This document shows, piece after piece, positions 52,156 through 62,806 of a DNA stretch of 64,000 nt (within the stretch, counting starts at the first letter, position 1; each line of letters opens with the position of its first letter). The translations under genes were made by a program, and so were the position numbers. Under the pieces are notes generated by a model. That model saw nothing but the letters and a program-made list of their open reading frames with translations, was not told the origin of the DNA and searched no databases. Source of the stretch: an uncultured Thiomicrospira sp. (lineage in GTDB: Bacteria > Pseudomonadota > Gammaproteobacteria > CAKMZV01); contig OZ239628.1 in assembly GCA_965195345.1 (NCBI GenBank), forward strand, positions 576,001-640,000, written 5' to 3'.

Positions 52156-52767
52156 ATGAAATTTAAGTTGTTTTTGCTGATGATAGTGGCGATGTTACTT
52201 TCTGCGTGTTCTGATAATGTACGTGAGTCAAAGGCTGAAGAGGTTGAGATTACCGATAGCAGCTCTACTACAATTGAAGAAGAGGTGGAAGAAGAGGTGG
52301 ATGAAGGGGAAGTTAAACCTTTGAAAAACTTTTCCGATCTCGTTAAGCAATTGAAGTTGAAGAATTTTTCTGATTTGGAGGAGGAATTAAATGCTGGCTC
52401 AGACGAAGAAGGAGTTTCTTCTTACGAATTGATGAGTTCAATCATTGCTGGAAACTTTTCTTTTGACTCCTCGTTTTTAGATGAATTGGCTCAAGAAACT
52501 TTAGATAAGCATATTGAATTTATGAAAGCAAATCCAGAAGCTGAAGCTGAAGTACAGGGGCATTGTGATGAAAGAGGCAGCACCTCCTATAATATTGCTT
52601 TAGGAGAGCGTCGAGCAAAGGCAGCGTATCAATACATGATCTTGTCAGGCATTTCAACCGATCGTCTGTCTACAGTAAGTTTTGGTTCATTACGCCCAAT
52701 TGCATCTTGCCATAATGAGAGTTGTTGGTCGAAAAATAGACGTGTACAAATGCGATATTACAAATAG
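52156..52767 (+). CDS. Pal/OmpA-family peptidoglycan-binding lipoprotein with acidic linker
   Basis: Lipobox LSAC; GHCDERG..SYNIALGERRA, VSFG, W.KNRRV. Confidence 0.85.
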   Translation: MKFKLFLLMIVAMLLSACSDNVRESKAEEVEITDSSSTTIEEEVEEEVDEGEVKPLKNFSDLVKQLKLKNFSDLEEELNAGSDEEGVSSYELMSSIIAGNFSFDSSFLDELAQETLDKHIEFMKANPEAEAEVQGHCDERGSTSYNIALGERRAKAAYQYMILSGISTDRLSTVSFGSLRPIASCHNESCWSKNRRVQMRYYK

Positions 52768-52782
52768 TAAGCGGATTTAGTG

Positions 52783-52812
52783 AAAAAGCCCGCTTTAGCG
52801 GGCTTTTTTTTT
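52783..52812 (+). terminator. Rho-independent terminator
   Basis: AAAAAGCCCGCT-TT-AGCGGGCTTTTTTTTT. Confidence 0.9.
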
Positions 52813-52839
52813 CGAATATTTTAAATAATTAAGGAAGGA

Positions 52840-53727
52840 ATGATGACAGACATAGTGGGATTTATTGGTTTAGGCATTATGGGGATGCCAATGGCAAGCA
52901 ATCTATTACAGAATGGTTATCAAGTAATTGGGTATGCTCGAAATAGAGAAGCGATTAATTCTTTCATAGAATTGGGCGGTGAAGTATTAAAAACACCTGA
53001 AGAAGTCGGCAAGAATTGTAATATTTTAATCACTATTGTTTCGGATACTCCTGATGTTCAAGAAGTTCTCTTTGAAAAAAATGGTGCTTTTCATGGACTC
53101 AGTTCAGGTGATTTAGTTATTGATATGAGCACAATTAGTCCGCATGCTAGTAAGCAGTTTGCGGAGAAATTAGAAAGAAAAGGTATTGGTATGCTAGATG
53201 CACCCGTTTCTGGAGGAGAAGTTGGAGCAATTGCTGGATCATTATCAATTATGATCGGAGGAGATGATAAGGATGTTGCACGAGCGATGCCTTTGTTTAA
53301 TTGTATGGGAAAAACTATTACACATATAGGTGAGAAAGGAGCGGGGCAGGTGGCAAAAGCTTGTAATCAATTGCTCATAGCACAGATTATCAATGGCGTT
53401 TCGGAAGCGTTGCTTTTCGCACATATGAGTGGTGTCAATATTGAATCAGTTAGGAAAGCGCTTTCAGGTGGGATGGCGGGGTGCAAGGTGCTCGATGTGC
53501 ATGCATTGAGGATGATAGAAGACAACTATTCGCCAGGTTTCAAGAGCAAACTTCATCTTAAAGATATGAACATTGTGGACTCTGAAATCAAACGGCTTGG
53601 TTTACAGTTTGAAGGTGCTTCTCTTGGTCTTCAAAGATTGGTTGATATTGTAGAGCATGGAAATGGCGAACTGGATTCATCCATTATGTATAGCCTACTA
53701 AAAAAAAGAAATAAGCCTATAGATTAA
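52840..53727 (+). CDS. 2-hydroxy-3-oxopropionate reductase (GarR/GlxR family)
   Basis: GFIGLGIMG.PMA, DMSTISP, LDAPVSGG, GAGQVAKACNQ, PGFK..LH.KD. Confidence 0.85.
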   Translation: MMTDIVGFIGLGIMGMPMASNLLQNGYQVIGYARNREAINSFIELGGEVLKTPEEVGKNCNILITIVSDTPDVQEVLFEKNGAFHGLSSGDLVIDMSTISPHASKQFAEKLERKGIGMLDAPVSGGEVGAIAGSLSIMIGGDDKDVARAMPLFNCMGKTITHIGEKGAGQVAKACNQLLIAQIINGVSEALLFAHMSGVNIESVRKALSGGMAGCKVLDVHALRMIEDNYSPGFKSKLHLKDMNIVDSEIKRLGLQFEGASLGLQRLVDIVEHGNGELDSSIMYSLLKKRNKPID

Positions 53728-55496
53728 GCCTTTGATAATGTTTTTTTCTGACTAAGTTCTTGATAACGTTTCCTCTGATCTGCATCGAGTGCTTGAAAAC
53801 CTTTTTCTAAGGTTATTGCGTGTAAACGTTGCCATTCTTCAGTATTGATTTTTTTCTGCATAAGGGCAATTGATCCTTGCGCTTCAAGTGAAGCCTCTTC
53901 CAGAGACTTTAATGGGTATTTTTCCTTCATTAGTAGGCAAAGAGAATTGTAGTAGGCAGTATCTCGCCAGTATTCAATTAGATTGCCAGCTTTAATTTCT
54001 GGATTTTCATGAATCTTATCTACCATTTCTTTGATGAAAGAAATCCCTTTGGTTTGCTCTAATTTAGTCCAATCAACGGATAGGTCATTTGCAATTTTGG
54101 GGAAATTCAATAAGTGCAGGACTATGTCCTGGGCTAGCGTTCTTTGAGAATTGAGTTTGTATGCGCTTTTATTGTTTTTTATGTTCTCTACGTGATTTTT
54201 TTTTGACTTATTTTGAAGATGATTATTTATTTCAGTAATGGGTAAATCCAGATGTTCAGCAAGGGTTTTTACAAGTGAGGTTCTAAAAGAACTGGTTGTA
54301 TCTAATACTTCAATTATGGGTTTTGCAATGGAAAAAATTTGAGGAATATCGTCAGGGTCTTTAGGATTAGTAGAACGATTAAGCACGCTTATGAGGTATT
54401 TACTAAGACTAAGAGACTGTTCGCTAATCAGCTGTTCGAATCCATCAGTGCCTAATTGGCGTACCAAAGAATCTGGGTCACTATCGGTTGGTAGAATAAG
54501 GAACTCAAGGCGGTTCTTATCCTTTAGATGAGACAGTAGGTTTTGCAAACTGCGATCTGCTGCTTTAATTCCTGCTTGATCGCCATCGAAAGCAAGAATA
54601 ACCTTATCAGTAATGCGAAATAATTGCTGAAGATGCTCTTTGCTTAAAGCGGTTCCCATTGACGCTACGCATTGATGAATGCCGTGCTGAGATAGGGCGA
54701 GCACGTCCATGTATCCTTCAGTTACTAAAATATAGCTGGGATTCCGAGCTTTTTGCAATAGATGGTATAAGCCATACAATTCTTTCCCTTTTTGAAACCA
54801 AGGGGATTCGGGAGAATTTAGATATTTGGGATTATCCTTACGGTCAATAACACGTCCTGCGAATCCAATAATTTTTCCTCGACGATTATGTATTGGAAAC
54901 ATTAGTCTGTTTCTAAAACGGTCGTAGGTATTGTTATCACTATTTATGAGGAGCCCACTGGAAATCAGTATTTTGTATTTCTCGGGATTATTATTTGCCG
55001 TTAGAGTTAAGGAACGCCATTCATTTGGGGCATACCCAATTTGAAAAAAATCGATAGTTTCATCATCTAGTCCTCTTAAAGCAGCGTATTCAAGTGCATC
55101 ATCACAGAGGTTGAGTTGTTTACGATAGAATTGTAAGCACTCTTCAAAAACACTGTAAGAAGCAAGGCTGGTATCAGGTTGATGAGATTGATTGGTTTGG
55201 TTTTTTGGTACTGCTACACCAATTTCTTCTGCTAGAGTTTCAACGGCATCAATGAAGCCTGAATTGTTGTACTTCATCAAAAAACTCAAGGCATTGCCAT
55301 TTTCACCACACCCAAAACAATGAAAAAATTGCTTCGGCTCACTAACGCTAAAGGAGGGTGTTTTTTCGTTATGAAAAGGGCAGCACGCAGTGTAATTATT
55401 GCCACGCTTATTCAGTGTTACTCGTTTGTTAATTAAGGAAACTATGTCTGTTCTTGTTAACAGCTCATCAATGAAACTACGAGGGATAGCAGACAT
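53724..55496 (-). CDS. dnaG: DNA primase
   Basis: CPFHNEKTPSF, HCFGC, DRFRNRLMFPI, KYLNSPE, EGYMDV, FDGDQAG, DPD. Confidence 0.97.
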   Translation of the reverse strand: MSAIPRSFIDELLTRTDIVSLINKRVTLNKRGNNYTACCPFHNEKTPSFSVSEPKQFFHCFGCGENGNALSFLMKYNNSGFIDAVETLAEEIGVAVPKNQTNQSHQPDTSLASYSVFEECLQFYRKQLNLCDDALEYAALRGLDDETIDFFQIGYAPNEWRSLTLTANNNPEKYKILISSGLLINSDNNTYDRFRNRLMFPIHNRRGKIIGFAGRVIDRKDNPKYLNSPESPWFQKGKELYGLYHLLQKARNPSYILVTEGYMDVLALSQHGIHQCVASMGTALSKEHLQQLFRITDKVILAFDGDQAGIKAADRSLQNLLSHLKDKNRLEFLILPTDSDPDSLVRQLGTDGFEQLISEQSLSLSKYLISVLNRSTNPKDPDDIPQIFSIAKPIIEVLDTTSSFRTSLVKTLAEHLDLPITEINNHLQNKSKKNHVENIKNNKSAYKLNSQRTLAQDIVLHLLNFPKIANDLSVDWTKLEQTKGISFIKEMVDKIHENPEIKAGNLIEYWRDTAYYNSLCLLMKEKYPLKSLEEASLEAQGSIALMQKKINTEEWQRLHAITLEKGFQALDADQRKRYQELSQKKTLSKA

Positions 55497-55499
55497 TAA

Positions 55500-57731
55500 T
55501 TAAAGAGGTTTGATCTGGGTTTTCCGGTGAAACAATTGAACGACTGTTTCAGTGAGCAGAGGAATTTGTATGTATTCTCCTTTTTGCCAAAGTGGCACCA
55601 TGCTTAGATAGGATTCATTTTGCAACCAACCATCCTGTCCACCGAGTAATAGAAAATAATTGGAATCTACATCATTTAACTCACTTACAAATCGAGATTG
55701 TGAGCCGTAAAAAGATTCGTGTACATCATTTTCAAATTTATGATTACTCTTCAATATTGTATTGCGTGAGCCGCCAGTAGGGATGTTGGCAAATTTAAAC
55801 TGATTGCCAATCAGTGGTATCATTCCTGCAGGATGTTGCAACACAATTCGGTGAATATCGCCCCATGTATAACTAGGGTCAAGCCAAGATTTTGCAAACG
55901 AGACGATTAGTCGCAAAGTTTTTGCTTTTTTTGCCTTGCTTTGAGAGTCAATGTGCTGCAGCCATTTTTCTTTTACTAATCCATAACTGACGTAGATGTC
56001 TGTGATGTCAATTGGGATTTCTCCCACATCGAAGGATATTACCTCTCTAAAGCCATAAAGCATTGCTTCATAAGCAGGGGCTCCTTTTGAATTCAACGAA
56101 TAGTTTCCATCCCAATTTTTTAAGCGTTCTAATAACCACGTGTCAATATTATTTTTTTCAAGTCGCATAACGATTTCATCTCGAAAAAGATGATCTTCTT
56201 TGGAATACACATCAAGCTGCATGGCAGATAAATCTGAAATATTTACTTTCCCATGTTTTTTTATAAGAGAGGTTGCCCGATTAAAGCGTTGAGGATCAGC
56301 AAAATGCCATCCTATTGGCCAATCGGTAGATACAGTTGGTTTATTATTAGCAGATATTATATATCCGTCGGCTGGATTTTCAATATAAGGCAAATCACTG
56401 CTGTTGAAAAATGTCTTCCAATTATTTCGAGCTTCTTGCTCTGATATAAGCAGATTTGTAGGTTTACCATTTGAGCGTTTAGGTAGATGTGTGGCAAAGA
56501 CTTGACCAATGTTACCTTGATTATCTGCATAAAGGAAATTCTGTGGAGGTAAGGACCAACTTTCTAAAGCCTTTCTAAATTGAATAGGATTCTGTGATCG
56601 CATCATTTTGAGTCCTGCCGTCAACTCGTCTGAGACATGATGTCCCATCCATTTAATAGAAATTTGCGTTGTGGTTTCAAATAATGGGCTAATGATCGGT
56701 CCGTATTCGCTATCTTGTGCATCAAATATTTTTTCTCCAAAGAAACTTCCTCCTAATTTGTACCCTCTATCTTTCAAAATGGTTTGTGAAGATATTGCTA
56801 CTAAATCGCTAGTAGCTGCTCTCATATGTGTCCCGCTCCAAGCCAAGTGCGTATTGCGCCCAAACGCAAAAATTGGGAAACCGGGAAAAGAAGCACCAAC
56901 AGTATGATAAGAAGGCGACTTCAAACCTCCGAGCACCCAAAAATTAGGTAGGCTGAAGCCAAGGTGAGGATCGGCTGCCATTAAAGCTGACCCGTTTTTA
57001 CTGCGTTTAGGAGCAATAGCCCAGGCGTTACTTCCTGACTTTGTCGGTTGAAACAAGATAGCTGCTGCTGCTTTCAAGCGTTGTGTCGCTTCGCTGACAT
57101 CTTCTTCATTTTGGTGTAACTCTTGCCAAATCTCTTGCCAAGAGGGTTTATTATAAATTTCAAGGAGTTGGAATTGACTCAACCAGTTAATATCAATGCC
57201 GCTTAATCGAGCCATGGTTATGCTGTCTATTGGTGACCATTGTTCATTTTCAATGTCAAAAAAAGCGAAGTCAAAAGGAAGAGGATGACTATTTTTGTAA
57301 TCGTTAATTCCTTGCACATATCTGTCTAACCATTGCTTTGAATCTGGTGGTAGGTGAGCGTAAATATCAGCTGATTTGCGACCCAAATCAAGTAGTTTTG
57401 TATAAGTGTCTACCTGATCGCCAAATTCAAAAACAAGTTCCTTAGCTCTACTTAAGGCTATACGTCGAATTGTTTCCATCTGACCAAGTCGCAAATGAGC
57501 GTGAACAGCACCGAGGGTATACGCTGCATCATCATCATTTTCAGCGACTATATAAGGAATGTTATGTTCATTCCAGTAAACAGTAACAGGGCTTTGTACA
57601 TTTCCTTTCCAATTATCAAACACTTGCAATCGCTCATCGCTTTTTTGAGGCTCTGGTAGCTCCTTGAGTAAAGAGCATGCACTGAGGCTCCAAAATAGAA
57701 AAAGAAAGGGCAATATTTTTTCAAAGTTCAT
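55500..57731 (-). CDS. Penicillin acylase family Ntn-hydrolase (lipoprotein)
   Basis: Lipobox LSAC; IPYI.A, R..QME, GSNAWAI (catalytic Ser), ADPHL, QNFLYAD..GNIG, SANN. Confidence 0.87.
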   Translation of the reverse strand: MNFEKILPFLFLFWSLSACSLLKELPEPQKSDERLQVFDNWKGNVQSPVTVYWNEHNIPYIVAENDDDAAYTLGAVHAHLRLGQMETIRRIALSRAKELVFEFGDQVDTYTKLLDLGRKSADIYAHLPPDSKQWLDRYVQGINDYKNSHPLPFDFAFFDIENEQWSPIDSITMARLSGIDINWLSQFQLLEIYNKPSWQEIWQELHQNEEDVSEATQRLKAAAAILFQPTKSGSNAWAIAPKRSKNGSALMAADPHLGFSLPNFWVLGGLKSPSYHTVGASFPGFPIFAFGRNTHLAWSGTHMRAATSDLVAISSQTILKDRGYKLGGSFFGEKIFDAQDSEYGPIISPLFETTTQISIKWMGHHVSDELTAGLKMMRSQNPIQFRKALESWSLPPQNFLYADNQGNIGQVFATHLPKRSNGKPTNLLISEQEARNNWKTFFNSSDLPYIENPADGYIISANNKPTVSTDWPIGWHFADPQRFNRATSLIKKHGKVNISDLSAMQLDVYSKEDHLFRDEIVMRLEKNNIDTWLLERLKNWDGNYSLNSKGAPAYEAMLYGFREVISFDVGEIPIDITDIYVSYGLVKEKWLQHIDSQSKAKKAKTLRLIVSFAKSWLDPSYTWGDIHRIVLQHPAGMIPLIGNQFKFANIPTGGSRNTILKSNHKFENDVHESFYGSQSRFVSELNDVDSNYFLLLGGQDGWLQNESYLSMVPLWQKGEYIQIPLLTETVVQLFHRKTQIKPL

Positions 57732-58717
57732 GATGTGAGGTAAGGTATAAGTTGTTCAATAGATAACCAAGAGTCTCCTTTAATTGTACCTTTGCATTGC
57801 CGATCTATTTTCTGAAGATGTAAAATGATTCTTTTCCATTTTTCAGGTGATCTATTGCGTGCGATACTTATTAATTCTTTTTCTCGAGCAGGCCACATAG
57901 GGATACCCTTAAACGCATTTTTAAGCGGTAAATGCAATATAAGACAATCTGATATTTTCCGAATTAGCTGCACCTCACGGCATAAAATACTACTGATGAG
58001 TATTGGCTCTATGCCTTCAAGACGAAGTGAACGGCAGATTCTTAATGCTTTATTCGGATTTCCTTTGAATAATTGGTTGCTGAGACCAAAAATGTTAAAT
58101 CGAGATTGATCTTGAGTGTTTTGATGCACTATTTCTTCCGTAATAACGTCATCTTCACAAAGCGATAAGAAATCAATTTCTTGTTGCAACGCGAGCAAAT
58201 TGCCTTCGCATAGATAAACCAATAGACGTACGGCACTGTTATCAAATTTCATTTTTTTTTCTTGAAAACGCTTGCTAACCCATTCAAGTTGAACTTGATG
58301 CGATGGTTCAGGGTGCTGAACATGACATCCTACACTTTCTAAATCTGCAACCCATGCGGTTTTTTTTGCCCACGAAGAGGTTGTTGAAGATGCGCTGAAT
58401 ATTAGAACTGTCGTTGTCGAGGCTTTTTTAATCAGTGATTTTATTTTTTTACTTCCCTCTCTACCTACTTTTCCTCCAGGCATCACTATTTTTAATAGTT
58501 TGTTATTGGTGAACAATGAATTGTTTGTCATTGCTTCTTCAACATCCTGCCAATTAAATTGGGCGGATAACATGAAATGATGTTTTTCGTATGTAGGGTA
58601 CAGTTTACCTATATTAGTGATGCTTTCTTCGATGAGCAGAGGCTCCATGCCACTGAGTAACCAGACAGAATTATTCTTTTTCAAATGGGAAGAAAGATTA
58701 TTCCAGTAGATTTTCAT
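57728..58717 (-). CDS. holA: DNA polymerase III subunit delta
   Basis: G.EPLL, SLF, EGNLLAL.QEI, L..EG.EP; downstream of lptE. Confidence 0.88.
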   Translation of the reverse strand: MKIYWNNLSSHLKKNNSVWLLSGMEPLLIEESITNIGKLYPTYEKHHFMLSAQFNWQDVEEAMTNNSLFTNNKLLKIVMPGGKVGREGSKKIKSLIKKASTTTVLIFSASSTTSSWAKKTAWVADLESVGCHVQHPEPSHQVQLEWVSKRFQEKKMKFDNSAVRLLVYLCEGNLLALQQEIDFLSLCEDDVITEEIVHQNTQDQSRFNIFGLSNQLFKGNPNKALRICRSLRLEGIEPILISSILCREVQLIRKISDCLILHLPLKNAFKGIPMWPAREKELISIARNRSPEKWKRIILHLQKIDRQCKGTIKGDSWLSIEQLIPYLTS

Positions 58718-59211
58718 TCCGCAACGCTGTTTTTTGAAATACTATTAAAATTTGATTTTTGTAGCCAGATAATTAACTGATTTGATAGTTCGCGATCCAT
58801 CTCTTCATTTAAACGATCAAGGAATAGATTGCTGTCAGAGTCTTCGGGGTATTGTCTGGAAGCAAACAATCTAAGTGTTCCATATTGAACGCCGTCTGCA
58901 TCAAGTACTGAAGCCATTGCGATTGTTTCATGCAGATAACGAAATGCAACTCCAGCAAGGTCTAAACCAATGATTCGGCGACGGCGTTGCGGGGTTTCGA
59001 TTGTGATTATACGTTGCAGAGATGTTTCGTTCTGTTGGTTCGTGTTAATCCACTGCTTGAGTGCATCACCTATGCGATCTCCACCCTCAACACTCCAGTG
59101 AAATCGGCTGAGGTTATTGTTTTTTTCAGGCAAGTTGAAACTGCAACTTACGATTGAACTGGTAATTAAAACCAGTAAGATCAGTTTTGAATTAAGTAGA
59201 AGATGAATCAT
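58714..59211 (-). CDS. lptE: LptE-like LPS assembly lipoprotein
   Basis: Lipobox VSC-SF.L, size, and ATGA overlap with holA (conserved lptE-holA order); sequence divergent. Confidence 0.6.
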   Translation of the reverse strand: MIHLLLNSKLILLVLITSSIVSCSFNLPEKNNNLSRFHWSVEGGDRIGDALKQWINTNQQNETSLQRIITIETPQRRRRIIGLDLAGVAFRYLHETIAMASVLDADGVQYGTLRLFASRQYPEDSDSNLFLDRLNEEMDRELSNQLIIWLQKSNFNSISKNSVAE

Positions 59212-59249
59212 TATGTAAACAATGATTGTACCACTGGTGTTTATTCGAT

Positions 59250-60707
59250 TTAAATATTAGAAAGTTCTAATTCAGTCATTTCAAGAACAGTTTTTACATC
59301 ACTGAATGCGATTTTTTCAGTACCGTAAATCTGGTATTCTTCGTGCCCCTTTCCTGCTATTAGAATTATGTCTTCTTTTTTAGCGTGTTTGATGGCGAAA
59401 GCAATCGCTTCGAATCGATCAGCTATTTCTTTAGCGGAAGGTACAGATGATAGTATGTCTTTTCGAATTTTTGTTGGATTTTCTGTTCTTGGGTTATCGT
59501 CGGTAATGATGACGTGATCGGAATATTTTTGTGCAGTTGCTCCCATCAGAGATCTTTTGGTTGAATCCCTGTCTCCACCGCATCCAAATACACACCAGAT
59601 TTTCCCGTTTAAGTGTTCACGAATAGTACTCAAAGCTGCCCTAAGAGCGTCGTCAGTGTGTGCGTAGTCAACGATAACATCTGCTGTGTTATCGCTGCGC
59701 AACCATTGCATTCGTCCAGGAATGGTTTTAAGGTGAAGGATTGTTTGTAAACATTGATCAAAACTTAACCCCATTTTCATAGAGCTGGTGATTGCTGCCA
59801 ATATGTTGTTTACCTGAAAAACGCCCATTAAAGACGTTTCTACAGGGTAGTTTGAGTCGCCATGCAGTATATTAAATCGTATGCCATGACTATGTGGTTC
59901 GATGTTATTTGCCTGCATTGTTGCGTTTGAATTGCAACCATATGTGGAAACATTGCTTAGTTCCTTTGCCCATAATTCGCCCATACCATCGTCAATATTT
60001 ATAACAGAATTTTTTGTTTTGTAGTTAGTGAAGAACTTTTTTTTAACTTGACGATATTGCTCTAAATTACCATGATAGTCCAAGTGATCAGAAGTGATGT
60101 TAGTGAGCGTTGAAACATCAAAATCAACACCTGCTATGCGCCGCTGCTCAATGCCATGCGAGGATACTTCCATTACGACGGCATCAGTCTTTTCAGCGAT
60201 AAATTCTTGCAGTTGTGTATGTAAACTTAGATTGTCAAGCGTGGTGAGTTGGCAAGGTTTGAGAGTGAATTTATTTTTTGTTACTGTACCGTTACCAAGC
60301 GTCCCAAGTAGACCAACTTTGTTATATTTTGCAAGTAGGATTTGAGCTGCAATCCATGCAGTGCTTGTTTTTCCGTTAGTGCCAGTAATTCCTAAAACAT
60401 GGAAGGGTAATTCTTTTGTGCTGAAAAAACGTTGATACAATTCTGGCAAGAAAGATTCGTCGCTGACTAGTTCTGGTATTTTTACAGAGATAATCTGGTT
60501 GTCTGGAGAGGTAATGTCACTTATTACAGCAACTGCACCGTTGGCTAAGGCATTGTAATAATACTGCATTCCATGATTACCATTTGATAGCGGCAATGCA
60601 ATGTAACACCAGTTTTTTTTTATTTCCCGGGAATCGTTGGCAATCCCTTGAATGTTAACGGGTTGATTTGTGATTACTTTATCAAGCCAGTCATTTAAGT
60701 TTGGCAT
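59250..60707 (-). CDS. murE: UDP-MurNAc-tripeptide synthetase (meso-DAP ligase)
   Basis: GITGTNGKT, MEVSSHG, DHLDYH, DYAHT.D, FGCGGDRD, DNPR, AGKGHE. Confidence 0.96.
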   Translation of the reverse strand: MPNLNDWLDKVITNQPVNIQGIANDSREIKKNWCYIALPLSNGNHGMQYYYNALANGAVAVISDITSPDNQIISVKIPELVSDESFLPELYQRFFSTKELPFHVLGITGTNGKTSTAWIAAQILLAKYNKVGLLGTLGNGTVTKNKFTLKPCQLTTLDNLSLHTQLQEFIAEKTDAVVMEVSSHGIEQRRIAGVDFDVSTLTNITSDHLDYHGNLEQYRQVKKKFFTNYKTKNSVINIDDGMGELWAKELSNVSTYGCNSNATMQANNIEPHSHGIRFNILHGDSNYPVETSLMGVFQVNNILAAITSSMKMGLSFDQCLQTILHLKTIPGRMQWLRSDNTADVIVDYAHTDDALRAALSTIREHLNGKIWCVFGCGGDRDSTKRSLMGATAQKYSDHVIITDDNPRTENPTKIRKDILSSVPSAKEIADRFEAIAFAIKHAKKEDIILIAGKGHEEYQIYGTEKIAFSDVKTVLEMTELELSNI

Positions 60708-62514
60708 GAAGTACGTATTCCTCTTTTTCTACATATGGATGGATTCCAAGTATACGAACTAGCTGGGGAATAGTTTTACCAAAAATGGGTGCCGCTGAAT
60801 CACCACCGTAATAAAGCTCTTCTTCTTTGGAATGTTCAATGGTTATTAGCATTACAAGCTGGGGATCTTCTGCTGGTATCATACCTGCAAAAAAAGCTCT
60901 ATAAAAGAACTGTCCATCTTTTTTAAATCTTACTGTTCCTGTTTTCCCTGCCACTGTGAAACCGTTTACTCTTGCTAAGGGTGCGGTTCCATCTGATTTA
61001 GTAACCTCTGTCATCGCATTTCGTAGTTTTATTATATTTTCAGCTTTTGCTACGTTCTTACGGCTTGTATCAGGAATTGCATGTTCCCATATGTGTGGTG
61101 AAGGAATATCTCCATCGTTTGCAATTGCTAAATATAAGCGAGCTAAATCAAGCAAATCAAGCACGAACCCATATCCGTAAGTGCGTGTAATGAATTCAGC
61201 ATTTTTCCAAGAGTCGTAATGTTCAAGCGATGAAACGTCTGGCTCGGCAAAAGAGTGGATGGGGTTTGTTTTACCCCAGCCAAGTATTTTATGCATTTGC
61301 CATATATTTTCTTTCCCAGCAAGTATTCCAAGTTTCATGGCGCCAATATTACTTGATTTTTTCAATACTTCAGCTGGATTTAGAACGCCATAATGTCGAG
61401 GGTCTGTTACAGCATAACCACTTACGGTGGCTCGTTTATTTGCATTGATTGTTGTCGCCATAGAAATGACATTTGATTCAAGTCCTGCGAGAATAGTAGC
61501 TGGTTTTACGGTCGATCCGGGTTCAACTTTGTCGGCAAGAGCGTGATTGGTAAGATTTAATGCATTCCAAGTAGTAACGTCATTAGGATTGAAAGAGGGG
61601 ACTGAAGCCATTGCATAAACGGCTCCTGTTTTTGCATCGAGAAGAACGGCTGCAGCTGTTTTAGCTCTGTGTTTAATTAAAGCTTCCTCCAATCCTTTTT
61701 GGATGACAAATTGCGCACTCTGATTAATGGTTAGGCGAATATTTTTGCCGTTTATAGCAGCATTTGTGATTTGCCAGTCTATGATTTTTTTGTTATCAAA
61801 GGTACGCTCACCCGTCCAAATAAATTTTGAACTTCCATCTTTTGCAGCTAAGTGTTCACTAAACCACAGTTCACTCCCACCGAGCGCTTTGCCTCTTTTA
61901 TTCATAATACCAACGATATGCGTACCGGTATTAGAATTAGGATAAACACGTTTTTTATTGGATTCTATGTTAAAGCTGTAGATTCGATATTTCCTCATCA
62001 ATTGCTTTAATTTGCTGGAATTTTCAGGCGTTAATGAGTGTTCTATAGATAAATATTTACTCGTGGGCTTTTTCCTGGCATGCTCTTGCAAGTCTTTTTT
62101 AGCATTTAATAACGTGCTGGCTTGTTCCAAAAATTTCTTTCCATTATTTTCTATTTCAATTTTTTTGCTTTTTGAGTTCGCTTTTTCTTTAAGTCTATTG
62201 AGTGTAGCATTAAAAGTATTCGCATCGAAACCAACACTATAAGTGATGGCATTTCCAGCCAATAACACGTTATCTTTTGAATATATGTTGCCTCGCCATC
62301 CTTGGTGACTGCGTGAACGAGCAACAACTGAATCTCTGCGTTTACTCCAAGATTCGTCTTCCGTGTTTATTGTTAATTTAAGCCCTTGAAAACCAAGGAG
62401 TAAAACGCTAATTAGTATAAGGGGCCAAAATAGCAACAAACGCCATTTTGGGAAAATAAACGGTTCTGATTTATCAGAATGTATCGGGTCAATTTTCCCT
62501 TGATTTCTGATCAT
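60691..62514 (-). CDS. ftsI: Class B penicillin-binding protein FtsI/PBP3
   Basis: N-terminal TM; R.YP, EPGSTVK (SxxK), KSSN (SxN), GKTGT; between ftsL and murE. Confidence 0.9.
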   Translation of the reverse strand: MIRNQGKIDPIHSDKSEPFIFPKWRLLLFWPLILISVLLLGFQGLKLTINTEDESWSKRRDSVVARSRSHQGWRGNIYSKDNVLLAGNAITYSVGFDANTFNATLNRLKEKANSKSKKIEIENNGKKFLEQASTLLNAKKDLQEHARKKPTSKYLSIEHSLTPENSSKLKQLMRKYRIYSFNIESNKKRVYPNSNTGTHIVGIMNKRGKALGGSELWFSEHLAAKDGSSKFIWTGERTFDNKKIIDWQITNAAINGKNIRLTINQSAQFVIQKGLEEALIKHRAKTAAAVLLDAKTGAVYAMASVPSFNPNDVTTWNALNLTNHALADKVEPGSTVKPATILAGLESNVISMATTINANKRATVSGYAVTDPRHYGVLNPAEVLKKSSNIGAMKLGILAGKENIWQMHKILGWGKTNPIHSFAEPDVSSLEHYDSWKNAEFITRTYGYGFVLDLLDLARLYLAIANDGDIPSPHIWEHAIPDTSRKNVAKAENIIKLRNAMTEVTKSDGTAPLARVNGFTVAGKTGTVRFKKDGQFFYRAFFAGMIPAEDPQLVMLITIEHSKEEELYYGGDSAAPIFGKTIPQLVRILGIHPYVEKEEYVLHAKLK

Positions 62515-62797
62515 GAGGAATTGAGAATATTTTTTGTTTTTTTATGTCGGGTGTAACAATCATTTCATTTTTTTTTGCCCATTTATCAACTTTCGATAAC
62601 GCTGATAAAAAACCAAATTCAAGCTGATATTGTCTAACTTGCTCTGAAAGTTTACTTTCTTGGCTGAGTAATTTATGATGTGTATTTGTTTTATTACGGT
62701 ACTCATTAGCTACAAATACAATAGCAAACATTTGAATAGCAACTAAGCATAAAAGTCCCAACCAGAAAAACCAATTACGCTCTGTTGATTTGTTCAC
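62489..62797 (-). CDS. ftsL: Cell division protein FtsL-like
   Basis: Single TM followed by coiled coil, QLE....A...V...A..M..P; immediately upstream of ftsI. Confidence 0.7.
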   Translation of the reverse strand: MNKSTERNWFFWLGLLCLVAIQMFAIVFVANEYRNKTNTHHKLLSQESKLSEQVRQYQLEFGFLSALSKVDKWAKKNEMIVTPDIKKQKIFSIPHDQKSREN

Positions 62798-62806
62798 TGC
62801 CTTTTA

